NCBI GenBank assembly: GCA_965219445.1
Contig: CBDCNQ010000001.1
Location: 192,001 to 256,000, forward strand
Direction: 5' to 3'
DNA length: 64,000 nt
Source of the DNA: Longimicrobiales bacterium
GTDB lineage: Bacteria > Gemmatimonadota > Gemmatimonadetes > Longimicrobiales > Gaopeijiaceae
Shown: piece by piece, positions 55,570-64,000 of the stretch
Numbering within the stretch: the first letter of the stretch is position 1
Layout: each line of letters starts with the position of its first letter
Program-made: the position numbers and the translations under genes
Notes under the pieces: generated by a model
The model's database searches: none
Seen by the model: only the letters and a program-made list of their open reading frames with translations
What the model was told of the DNA's origin: nothing

Positions 55570-58500
55570 TCAGTTGCTCGGGGTCCTCGACAATGCCCGG
55601 TAGTATTCCTCGACCAAGCGTCGGAAGCCTGTGGGGACCTCATCGGAGCCGGATACGAAGACCCGATCTTGCCCCTCCCCCTCCAGCTCACGCCGCAAGC
55701 CGAACTCCAACTGCCTCAGTCCCTCGACGATCTGCGACTGGAGTCGATTCAACTCAGCCAGATCCAAGTAGACGTTCTCGCGGTCTAACTCCCTCAGGGC
55801 CCCGATCACCTCGCCGAGCTGTTGCTGGTTCAGATCCTCCTCTTCGAGGATGCGCTGCAGTTCAATCGCCTCCTGGATGCGTTGCCGAGCCTCGCTACGG
55901 AACTGCCGGATGTCTCCACGTGAGAGACGGCCGCCTCTCGTGTTGGCATAAGCGCCGCCGTTCGTACCGTAGGCGCCTTCATCTTGGCCGATCTGCCCGT
56001 CCGCGCCGCCCTGACCTCCCTGTTGGCCTCCTTGCTGACCTTGGCCCTCCTGACCCTGTTGGCCTTGCTGACCCTGCTGGCCTTGCTGACCCTGGCTCTG
56101 TTGATTCTCGTCGCCCTGGCCTTGTTCTCCCCGCTCACCGAGTCTGCGTGAAAGCGACTCGGCACCCCGCGAGAGGTCTCTTGCTCGGTCGAGCGCTTCC
56201 GCCCGGCGGTCCGATTGGTTCTCGCCAATCGCGTCGTTCGCCCTCTGCAATTCCTGTTCGAGCTCCTCGACGATTCGGGTAGTTTCGGCCTCGAACTCGT
56301 TCGTGTACTCACGGTCCTGGACGCCGATAAGGCCCCGGGAATAACGGATACGTTCCTTGAGCTTGTCGTCCCGTATCGTAGTTGCGGCCTCGCGCAACCG
56401 ATCCGATGCCTCCCTCTGGTCGGCTCGCGCGTCGCTTGTCAGCCGGTCGATCTCCCGTTCAAGGTCGGCGACTTCCTCGTTCATCGCTTCCTTGCGCTCG
56501 AATAGGCGTCTTCCAGCCTCCGTGCCAGGCCCGTCACTCGCCTCGCCGAGGCGGTCCATGTCCGCTTCGATATCACGCTGTTCCCGAACCAGATCTTCCG
56601 CTCTTTCTTGGGCCTCTTCGACGTCGGTGCGGAGCCGATCCAGACGATCTCGTTCCAGGCGCCGCTGCACATCTTCCAATCGATCGAGGGCCGAGTTGGC
56701 GTCAGCCGTCGCGGCGCTCCCTGCCGCGGCTGCCGCGCGGCGCATATCCCCAGCCGCCTCTTGGAGTCGCCGGGAAGCGTCCATCAACTGCTGGTCGTTG
56801 GTGTCGCGGGCCAAGCGCTCGAGACGGCGGGCCGCCTCCTCAGTCTCGTCGGCGAGCTCACGCTGACTCGCATCACCGGCTCCGCCAGAGGCGCCTCCCT
56901 GCTGGGCGGCGGCCCTGCGCTGCCGCTCGGCCTGCTGCTGCTGCCGCCTTGCGAGTTCCTTCAGATCCTCCATCGTCTCTTCGAGCTGGTCACCGGCCTG
57001 CCGGCGCTCACCTCGCTCGACGGTCTCGTACTGGTTCTTGAGCTTATCGAGCTCGAGCTCGAAGAGATCGGCCAGGTCGTCTGCTCTCGCGCCACCGCCG
57101 CCGCCACCGCCGCCACCCTGCTGCCCCTGACTGACCTCTACCTCATAGTTCTCCTCCGCCTTCTGGAGCTGCAGGAGCGCTCTGAGCTCAGGTGAGATCG
57201 CCTCCTGAAGCTCCCCGTCCGCGAGGACTTCTTCCGCGGCCTCCATTTCAGCGATGGCCTTGCTCAGCAACTCGGCGATCTTCTGAAACTCGGAATCGTT
57301 CCCAAGGCCGCGAGACGTCAGCCGCTGCAGCAGTCCCGCCACCTGCTCCCGCGCGCGGCCCTGGGCCAAGCGCACACTGACCAGGTTCTCCTGGAACTCA
57401 GTTTCACTGTAACGCTCGCGGTCTCGCACCAGGTTGTACGTGGCTGCGACAACCTGCTCTTGGAGCTCGGAGAGAGCACGCTCTTCCTGCCCACCGCCAC
57501 CGCCGCCGCCGCCACCCTGCTCGGCCTGGCGGAAGTCGACACGGAAAGGCCGGATCGTGAGGAAATAGATGTCGCTCTTTGCGGCGCGGCTCTCTGGCCC
57601 CGGATTGCTGTCCTCGACTTGTGCGTAGTAAGCGACGAGGTCACCAGATTCGAGGCCGAATTCCTCGAGAAAAAGCGTGTGCCCCGCAGTAATCTCCGGT
57701 GTCGGACGGTCGTCGAACAGCCGAACCGTGTCTTCGGGGCCACCGTTGACCGAATACATGAGAAGCAACTCGGAGACCCCGTAGTCGTCGTCGGCTCTCG
57801 CCTCGACGTAGAATTCCTCGATCGGACTCGCGTTCTCATCGCGCCCGGGCTTGGAAAACGACACAGACGGTGGTTGATCCGTGAGGACGTCGATCGTGTA
57901 TTGGGGAGAGGCTGGAACGAGTCCTCCGCTTGCCCTCGCCAAAGCGACTTCATAATACCCCTCGCGCTCGACGGTCAGGCTCGCTGTCCACGTGCCATCC
58001 CCTTCGTCCGTGAGTTCCACCGCCTCACCGTCGACGAGGAGTTGCCCACCGGGCGTGAGCATCGTGGGGAAGACTCTCAGCCTCACGACCGTCCCACGGA
58101 GCGCGGCGATGTCGCCGCCGAACTCGACCGTCCGAGGAGCGAGCCCTGAGTAGGCGGGAAAGCGATATTCCAACTCGAGATGCTCTACATATGGAAGATC
58201 GGCCACCTCAATTCGGTGTGTGGCCGAGCGAATGCCGCTGGACTCCACAAAGTAATCGGTGTTCTCGTCCAGGCCGAGAAGGAGGAGCTCGAAGCCCTCC
58301 GCTCCGTCCGTGAGCATCGATAGCTGGTCGAACACGTCCGAGGACTCCCCTCGGAAAAAGATCTGCACGTCCTCGGTCTCAAAGCCTTGGAGCTCAGCTG
58401 TGACGAGCTGATCAGATCCTCGAGCAATCGTGACGTCACCGGGGCTCACCGAAATCGAATACGGGTTCACCGTCCCCGCATCCCGCGTGGGCAGGAGAAG

Positions 58501-59049
58501 GGCCGCTGCCCCATTGCGGAGTTGACTCGGTCCCAGGAGCAGTAACGCGAGCGAGCCGAGTGCCATCGCGGCTAGTGCTCCCGAGGCCCGGTAAAGACCC
58601 TTTTGCTCAACCCGGCGCCCAAAATCGACATCGCTCGCTCGCTCGAGCGCATTCTCGACGAGTCGTCTTTCGAGGGCCTCCGAGGCCGGGTCCGACCCGG
58701 ATGCCGTCTCGAGTGCGGCCAGCACCGAGGTCTCGAGCGAGGGCTCGTTCTCTTCCAGGTAGAGGGCGGCCTGCTCGTCGGAGACCCTCCGCGCGAGTGG
58801 CCAAACGAGGAAGCGGGCCGTCAGTCCGGCTGCGACGATCCACAGGATCACACGGAACGCGACGACCGATGAGGCACTGAAACGTGAGACTTCGAGCCCA
58901 TAGACAGATAGGAGGAACGCGAGTAAACCAGCGCCGAGCACAATGGCCATTCCGCGGACCGCGATACGTGCACGCCACCGCCTGCGAATCTTGCGAACGA
59001 TGGCGAGGACCCGGTCGTGAAGAATGCCCTTATGTGCTGCTCGGTACAT
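55570..59049 (-). CDS. Large DUF4175-like membrane protein with coiled-coil, Gln/Gly-rich C-terminus
   Basis: N-terminal TMs, Ig-like region (ADDDYGV), long coiled coils, C-terminal VP..FRRLVEEYYRAL; start approximate. Confidence 0.75.
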   Translation of the reverse strand: MYRAAHKGILHDRVLAIVRKIRRRWRARIAVRGMAIVLGAGLLAFLLSVYGLEVSRFSASSVVAFRVILWIVAAGLTARFLVWPLARRVSDEQAALYLEENEPSLETSVLAALETASGSDPASEALERRLVENALERASDVDFGRRVEQKGLYRASGALAAMALGSLALLLLGPSQLRNGAAALLLPTRDAGTVNPYSISVSPGDVTIARGSDQLVTAELQGFETEDVQIFFRGESSDVFDQLSMLTDGAEGFELLLLGLDENTDYFVESSGIRSATHRIEVADLPYVEHLELEYRFPAYSGLAPRTVEFGGDIAALRGTVVRLRVFPTMLTPGGQLLVDGEAVELTDEGDGTWTASLTVEREGYYEVALARASGGLVPASPQYTIDVLTDQPPSVSFSKPGRDENASPIEEFYVEARADDDYGVSELLLMYSVNGGPEDTVRLFDDRPTPEITAGHTLFLEEFGLESGDLVAYYAQVEDSNPGPESRAAKSDIYFLTIRPFRVDFRQAEQGGGGGGGGGQEERALSELQEQVVAATYNLVRDRERYSETEFQENLVSVRLAQGRAREQVAGLLQRLTSRGLGNDSEFQKIAELLSKAIAEMEAAEEVLADGELQEAISPELRALLQLQKAEENYEVEVSQGQQGGGGGGGGGARADDLADLFELELDKLKNQYETVERGERRQAGDQLEETMEDLKELARRQQQQAERQRRAAAQQGGASGGAGDASQRELADETEEAARRLERLARDTNDQQLMDASRRLQEAAGDMRRAAAAAGSAATADANSALDRLEDVQRRLERDRLDRLRTDVEEAQERAEDLVREQRDIEADMDRLGEASDGPGTEAGRRLFERKEAMNEEVADLEREIDRLTSDARADQREASDRLREAATTIRDDKLKERIRYSRGLIGVQDREYTNEFEAETTRIVEELEQELQRANDAIGENQSDRRAEALDRARDLSRGAESLSRRLGERGEQGQGDENQQSQGQQGQQGQQGQQGQEGQGQQGGQQGGQGGADGQIGQDEGAYGTNGGAYANTRGGRLSRGDIRQFRSEARQRIQEAIELQRILEEEDLNQQQLGEVIGALRELDRENVYLDLAELNRLQSQIVEGLRQLEFGLRRELEGEGQDRVFVSGSDEVPTGFRRLVEEYYRALSRTPSN
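56005..56125 (-). repeat. Coding low-complexity 9-bp tandem repeats (QGQQGQQG)
   Basis: Repeated cagggccag/caaggtcag units within the 55570 CDS. Confidence 0.7.
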
Positions 59050-61162
59050 AACTCCTCCCATCCTCAAATCTCGTGGTCGCCGTCCGGGAAATCCAGTTCG
59101 AAATAGCGGTCTCTGTCAGTAAGAGCACCAGCGCTGCCACCATCAGCAGGCGCCATAGGGACTGACGCCGCTCCTGATTTCTCGCCTGCATCTCGGGCGT
59201 CAGCATCTCTCCGCCGGCACCCAACTCGCCCCCCGTCTCCCGGGGGGCGACTGCTCCCGCGAGCTCGGTGGGGTCCATAGACTCCAACTCAGACTCCGTC
59301 ACGTCCACGTTGACCGCAACTGCGAACACGCGTTCCGGGTCGGTACCCGGTGGCCGTACTTCGTAAAACCCCTGCTCTTCGAGTGCCAAGAAACGAGGTC
59401 CGGTGGTCGCCGGCAAGGAGACACTCCCACCCCCCGGCGTCAGCGCGACCTGATCCACCTCGGGCGCCAGCTCATTCTCTCGGTCGGCGACGAAGACCAT
59501 ACCGGCGGGGTCGGCGATGTCGAGGACTTGACCGGCCGTGAACCAGGGCACGCGTTCCCGGTATCCGCCGAGGTGACGCATCATCTGGTGAACGAACGGT
59601 AAAAATACCGGCTGTACCGCCAGATCGTTCCAAAAGGCGTCCATCGTGCTGGTCCAGACGAGTACATAGCCCTGTCCAAGGCGCCGCTCGGCAAGCGCAA
59701 CCGACCCGTCGTCGAATCGTGCCAGTACTCGTCCCTCCGGACCGACCTCCAGATCCCGCGACCGGAAAAACCGTGCCCGGGCGAAGTCACCGCTGCGGGG
59801 CCCACCGAACAACTCGAACACCGGATGGGAATAGTCGAGGTAGCCCAGTCGAGCCGCTCCCCTCGTATGGTCCCTTGCTGGGCCGAATCTCCCAGGAAGC
59901 ATCTCTTCGAGCCCTGTCTGCCACGCGCTCCTTTCCCCGAGGACGAGCAACAGTCCACCGCCCCCTTCCACGAAGCCACGGAGACGATCTGCGGTAGCGC
60001 CCTGTGGGAACCGAGTGTCATTGAGAACGACTACGTCCGTCGCCTCCAAGTCGTCCACCGAGAGCGCGGTTGAACGCCTCACATCGACCTGGAAGGACGC
60101 CTCCTCGCTGATCTCGAGCGCCCGCTGTATGTACAGGCTGGCATCGGGCCGCGGACTTGCCCCTTCCAACACGAGCATCCTCATCGCCCTTCCGGGCGAA
60201 AGCACGAAGTGGAGCTCATCGTCCTGGGGAAGCACATCGGCATCGAGCCGGATCGAACCACGGGTGTAGAGCTCGGAGAGCGTGAATGGCTCGAACACGA
60301 CGGTCGCCGAGCCGGTCGGATCGAGGCTGACGGTCTGGGTCTGAACCTCCTGCCCATCCAACTCGAGCAGGATGGTTCGATCGGCCGGCGCTTCCCCCTG
60401 ACGGCGCACCACACGGGCCGTGGCCGTCATGCGTTCCTGTCCGGAGAAGAACTCTCGCCGGAGAGCCACCGATGCCACTGCGGCATTCGGCGTCGTGTCA
60501 TCGGAAATCAGCACGGGATTCACCACCGTTCCAGGCGGAAATGTCACACCCTCGTCGCCGTTCCAACCGGTGCGTTGGAAGTCACCGATGATGAAGGCTT
60601 CCCGGTTCGGCAACTGGGACTCCTCGAGGATCGTCTGGGCCAACTTCAAGGCCGGGCCGTACAGGGTCCCGTCTGCGCTCAGACTGGCTGTGTCCAGAGC
60701 AGTGAGGAGGCGATCCCGATCTGAGGTCGCACGAAAGAGCGCCTCCGCGCCACGCCCCATGAACACGAGGCTGGCCCGATCGGAAGCGTCCAGGCCCTGG
60801 AAGACCTCTCGAGCCTGAGTCTTCGCCCGCTCCCAACGGTCGCCATAGCCCATCGAATACGATCGGTCCAAGACGACGACGACTTCGCGAGGGCCGAGCG
60901 TCGCGCCAACCGCCACTTCAGTGTTCTCGAAGAAGGGGCGGGTGAATGCGGCAACGAGTAGCGCCAATGCCAAAGCTCGGATCGACAGCAGTGTCCAGTG
61001 GTGGATTCGCCTGCGTTGGGTCGAACGAAACGGGATCTTCCTGAGGAACATCAGAGAGGGGAAGTCCACCACGTTGCGGCGTTGTTTCTCGGTCAGGTGC
61101 ACGACGATCGGAACCAGCAGACCGATGAGGCCCAATAGGAACAGGGGAGCCAGAAGACCCAT
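59030..61162 (-). CDS. BatA N-terminal plus vWA domain protein
   Basis: PIVVHL..FPSLMFL..RP BatA motif; LDRSYSM MIDAS. Confidence 0.88.
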   Translation of the reverse strand: MGLLAPLFLLGLIGLLVPIVVHLTEKQRRNVVDFPSLMFLRKIPFRSTQRRRIHHWTLLSIRALALALLVAAFTRPFFENTEVAVGATLGPREVVVVLDRSYSMGYGDRWERAKTQAREVFQGLDASDRASLVFMGRGAEALFRATSDRDRLLTALDTASLSADGTLYGPALKLAQTILEESQLPNREAFIIGDFQRTGWNGDEGVTFPPGTVVNPVLISDDTTPNAAVASVALRREFFSGQERMTATARVVRRQGEAPADRTILLELDGQEVQTQTVSLDPTGSATVVFEPFTLSELYTRGSIRLDADVLPQDDELHFVLSPGRAMRMLVLEGASPRPDASLYIQRALEISEEASFQVDVRRSTALSVDDLEATDVVVLNDTRFPQGATADRLRGFVEGGGGLLLVLGERSAWQTGLEEMLPGRFGPARDHTRGAARLGYLDYSHPVFELFGGPRSGDFARARFFRSRDLEVGPEGRVLARFDDGSVALAERRLGQGYVLVWTSTMDAFWNDLAVQPVFLPFVHQMMRHLGGYRERVPWFTAGQVLDIADPAGMVFVADRENELAPEVDQVALTPGGGSVSLPATTGPRFLALEEQGFYEVRPPGTDPERVFAVAVNVDVTESELESMDPTELAGAVAPRETGGELGAGGEMLTPEMQARNQERRQSLWRLLMVAALVLLLTETAISNWISRTATTRFEDGRSYVPSST

Positions 61163-62085
61163 CAGCGCACCCTGGTCATTTTTTCACGACTCGAGAGGTA
61201 TCGGAAGAGGGCATAATCCAGGGGCTTCGACGTGTCGAGCACGGTGTAGTCGATCCTGCTCCCCGTGAAAAGGCGCTCCAGCTCTTGGGTGTGTCGGCCG
61301 ATAAGCGCACGATATTCATCCCCGAGCTCATCGGGTACGATCGGGATCATCGTCTCACTCTCCAGATCTCGAAAACTTGCCGCACTCTCGTACGTGAACT
61401 CGAGCTCGGCGGGGTCGAGCAGATGAAACACGATCACGTCGTGGCCTCGAGCCCTGAGATGAAGAACCGAATCCATCACCTTCTCCGGCTCATCGTAGAA
61501 ATCCGAAAGAAGGAGGATGATCCCTCGGTGGTGGAGGTTGTCGCCCAGTCGCATGAGCGGGTCACGCAGCGTACCAGGCCGTCCCGGCCGGGCGCGTGCC
61601 AGCGTGTGAAGGACGAGCTGCAAATGGCGGGTGGAGGGCGGCACGTACTCCACGATCTCGTGATCAAAAGTCGTGAGACCCACCCGGTCTCGCTGCTTCT
61701 GCGAGAAGTAAGAGAGAGCCGCTGCCAGGTAACGTGCGTAGTCCAGCTTGTTGACCGCGTGGGTACCGAAGCTCATGGACTTGGAGATGTCGAGCACGAC
61801 CATGAAATCGGCGCTGGTCTCCGCCTCGAACAGCTTGATGTAGAAACGGTCCGTGCGAGCGAAGAGTCTCCAGTCGATGCGCCGGATGTCGTCGCCTCGC
61901 ATGTACTCTCGGTGTTCCGCGAAGTCGAGCGACATCCCCAGGTGGGGTGACCTGTGAAGACCCTGGAGGAAGCCGTCCACGACGGTTCGGGACAGCAACT
62001 CCAGATTTCCGATCCGGCTCAAGACCGCGGGATCGAGGAACTGCGTATCGGCGCCGTGAACACTCGAGCGTTCTCTGACAGCCAC
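61162..62085 (-). CDS. DUF58 family protein
   Basis: FAEHREY..GDDIRRIDW, LDISKSM. Confidence 0.92.
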   Translation of the reverse strand: MAVRERSSVHGADTQFLDPAVLSRIGNLELLSRTVVDGFLQGLHRSPHLGMSLDFAEHREYMRGDDIRRIDWRLFARTDRFYIKLFEAETSADFMVVLDISKSMSFGTHAVNKLDYARYLAAALSYFSQKQRDRVGLTTFDHEIVEYVPPSTRHLQLVLHTLARARPGRPGTLRDPLMRLGDNLHHRGIILLLSDFYDEPEKVMDSVLHLRARGHDVIVFHLLDPAELEFTYESAASFRDLESETMIPIVPDELGDEYRALIGRHTQELERLFTGSRIDYTVLDTSKPLDYALFRYLSSREKMTRVR

Positions 62086-62097
62086 CTGCGGATCCGC

Positions 62098-63225
62098 CTA
62101 CAGGCCGGAGGAGGGTGTGGGCACAGCCTCGAGAAGCTGGTCGACCAGCTCACCGGTGGTCACGCCCTCGGATTCGGCGTGGAAGTTGGTGAGAATCCTA
62201 TGCCTCAGAACCGGGTGCGCGAGGGCTCGAATGTCTTCGAAGCTCACGTTGTAACGCCCCTTCGTGAGCGCCCGCGCCTTCCCTCCCAGAATGAGATATT
62301 GGGCGGCCCGGACGCTTGCCCCGAAGGCGATCCACTTGTTGACGAAGTCCGCGCTATCTCCGTTGGGGCTCGGCCGGGTGGCCCGAACGAGACCGACCGC
62401 ATAGCGCATGGCCGCGTCCGGGACGGGTACCTTTCGTACGAGCCTCTGGAACGCGATGAGGTCTGCGCCTGTGACCGTGTGTTCGAAATCAGGCTCCTGG
62501 ATGCCGGTCGTCGTGCGCACCACGTCCAACTCCTCGTCCTCGGCGAGATGGTCCATGATGATCTTGAACATGAAGCGGTCGAGCTGCGCCTCGGGCAGCG
62601 GGTAGGTGCCTTCGAGCTCGATGGGATTCTGGGTGGCGAAAACGTAGAAGGGCTCATCGAGCACGTACGTGGTTCCCTGAACCGTAACGCGATGCTCCTG
62701 CATCGCCTCCAAGAGCGCCGACTGGGTCTTGGGGGGTGTTCGATTGATCTCATCCGCGAGCACGATGTTCGCAAAGATGGGTCCAGGGGCGAACACCATG
62801 CTGCGCTGACCCGTCTCCGCGTCCTCCTGAATGATGTCCGTGCCCGTGATATCAGACGGCATCACGTCCGGGGTGAACTGGATTCTCGAGAACTTGAGAT
62901 CCAGGACTTCGGCGACGGTGTGGATCAACAGGGTCTTGGCCAACCCGGGCACGCCGAGGAGGAGGCTGTTGCCGCCGACGAAGAGGGAAAGCAGCATCTG
63001 CTCGATCACCTCTTCCTGCCCAATGATGAGCTTCCGTATCTCGGAAAGGATCTGCTCACGTCCCGCCTTCATCTTGTCAGCGAGGTCTATGTCGTCCGGA
63101 CTCTCGAGGGCGGTCGCTTCGGCAGCGTCGACAGGCTCGACCTCAGCCACGGCTTCAGCGACTTCCTGCTCTTCCTTAAATGCCATTTCGTGCTCCGTCG
63201 AGGCCGCGTGCGGCCGTTGGCTCAT
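62098..63225 (-). CDS. MoxR-family AAA+ ATPase
   Basis: GVPGLAKT, RIQFTPD, DEINRTPPKTQSALLE, YPLPEAQLDRF; start may be 63186. Confidence 0.95.
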   Translation of the reverse strand: MSQRPHAASTEHEMAFKEEQEVAEAVAEVEPVDAAEATALESPDDIDLADKMKAGREQILSEIRKLIIGQEEVIEQMLLSLFVGGNSLLLGVPGLAKTLLIHTVAEVLDLKFSRIQFTPDVMPSDITGTDIIQEDAETGQRSMVFAPGPIFANIVLADEINRTPPKTQSALLEAMQEHRVTVQGTTYVLDEPFYVFATQNPIELEGTYPLPEAQLDRFMFKIIMDHLAEDEELDVVRTTTGIQEPDFEHTVTGADLIAFQRLVRKVPVPDAAMRYAVGLVRATRPSPNGDSADFVNKWIAFGASVRAAQYLILGGKARALTKGRYNVSFEDIRALAHPVLRHRILTNFHAESEGVTTGELVDQLLEAVPTPSSGL

Positions 63226-63286
63226 GTTGTGGTTTCTTGCCGTCCCGGGTCGGTTGCGGCGCCACCCCGGCCCTTTACGGCACTAC

Positions 63287-64000
63287 TCAGTGTGTCATCG
63301 CGTAGATGATATAGTTGACACCCAGTTTGTACGCTTCGTTAGACAGATCGATCGGATACCAACCCACGTCCGAGTACTCCCAGTATTCCCCAATGTCATT
63401 GTTGTAGTTGGCGATCGCCACCAGGCGCCGGTCCGGATCGTTCTCCTCATGGAGACCCAGATAAACGGGCTCGACCCGGAAGGTAGGAGATGCCAGCGCT
63501 TTCAGCGACTCGATCCGAAAGAAGGAGTCGAAGATGGTGTGTGACTCGTCGAGCTCGACGAACTCGGCGTCCGGGATGACTCGTTTCATCTGTCGGTCGA
63601 AATTAAACCAATCGCCACCGCGAAAGTCGTCGGCGATCAGAAACCCGCCCTTGAGCAGGTAGTTTCTGAGCCCCTCCACCTCGGACTCCGTCGGATTCCA
63701 ATAGCCTGGCTCGGATATATACGCCATCGGGAAGCGGGTCAGCTCCGGGTCGTCCGTCTTAAATATATTGCCCCCGTCCATATAGGGCTTGAGGAGGGTC
63801 GTCTCCCGAAGGATGTTCATGAAGTTTCGTTCCGCGCGTGGGTAGTCATGCGCCCAGGGGGGGAGCCCGCCTCTCCTCCGGCCTCCCCCAAAGCTGCCAG
63901 TGTTGAGACCCACGCCGAAGCGGATACGTGCGAAGGTGAATCTGCCGTCGTAGGGCACATTGTCCTCTTGGGGAGCCCTCAGTTCATCGAGAGGACTCGG
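63287..64000 (-). CDS. DUF4159 family protein, 5'-partial
   Basis: WAHDYP, LRNYLLKGGFLIADDF, KLGVNYIIYAMTH. Confidence 0.85.
   Translation of the reverse strand, partial: PSPLDELRAPQEDNVPYDGRFTFARIRFGVGLNTGSFGGGRRRGGLPPWAHDYPRAERNFMNILRETTLLKPYMDGGNIFKTDDPELTRFPMAYISEPGYWNPTESEVEGLRNYLLKGGFLIADDFRGGDWFNFDRQMKRVIPDAEFVELDESHTIFDSFFRIESLKALASPTFRVEPVYLGLHEENDPDRRLVAIANYNNDIGEYWEYSDVGWYPIDLSNEAYKLGVNYIIYAMTH

Overview
GC-rich bacterial chromosome segment in two parts. The pilin type, the MoxR/DUF58/BatA operon and overall gene content suggest Gemmatimonadota; this is an inference. Part one (~0.6-28.3 kb) is a mosaic mobile/defence island. It holds a plasmid/ICE fragment clipped at both ends by att-like junctions (ardC remnant, Replic_Relax-like gene), a complete type I RM system, and a ColE1-like mobilisation module (oriT-mobC-mobA with overprinted mobB/mobD; relaxase frameshifted). 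It also holds a collagen-trypsin lipoprotein, an intact MqsR-MqsA(ChAD)-SecB toxin-antitoxin-chaperone operon with a visible promoter and operator, an Abi-alpha-like gene split by an IS, a P4-type integrase, and heavily nested IS3/IS256 debris. One 1567-bp IS occurs in two copies; its ends extend 7 bp beyond the TG..CA inverted repeats and it makes a 2-bp target duplication. Part two (~28.3-64 kb) is core genome: a sigma54-type pilin, a dedicated 8-gene type II fatty-acid/lipid cluster, an APC-EIIA-RCK_C transporter, an aminotransferase, an RsmC-like MTase, a GltD-like/2-oxoacid:ferredoxin oxidoreductase operon, TPP riboswitch-thiC, ettA, a two-domain multicopper oxidase plus ZIP operon with a DtxR/MntR-like box, hemG/hemH, and a MoxR-vWA operon. 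No tRNA, rRNA or CRISPR array was seen. Family calls come from motif recognition by eye; no database searches were run.
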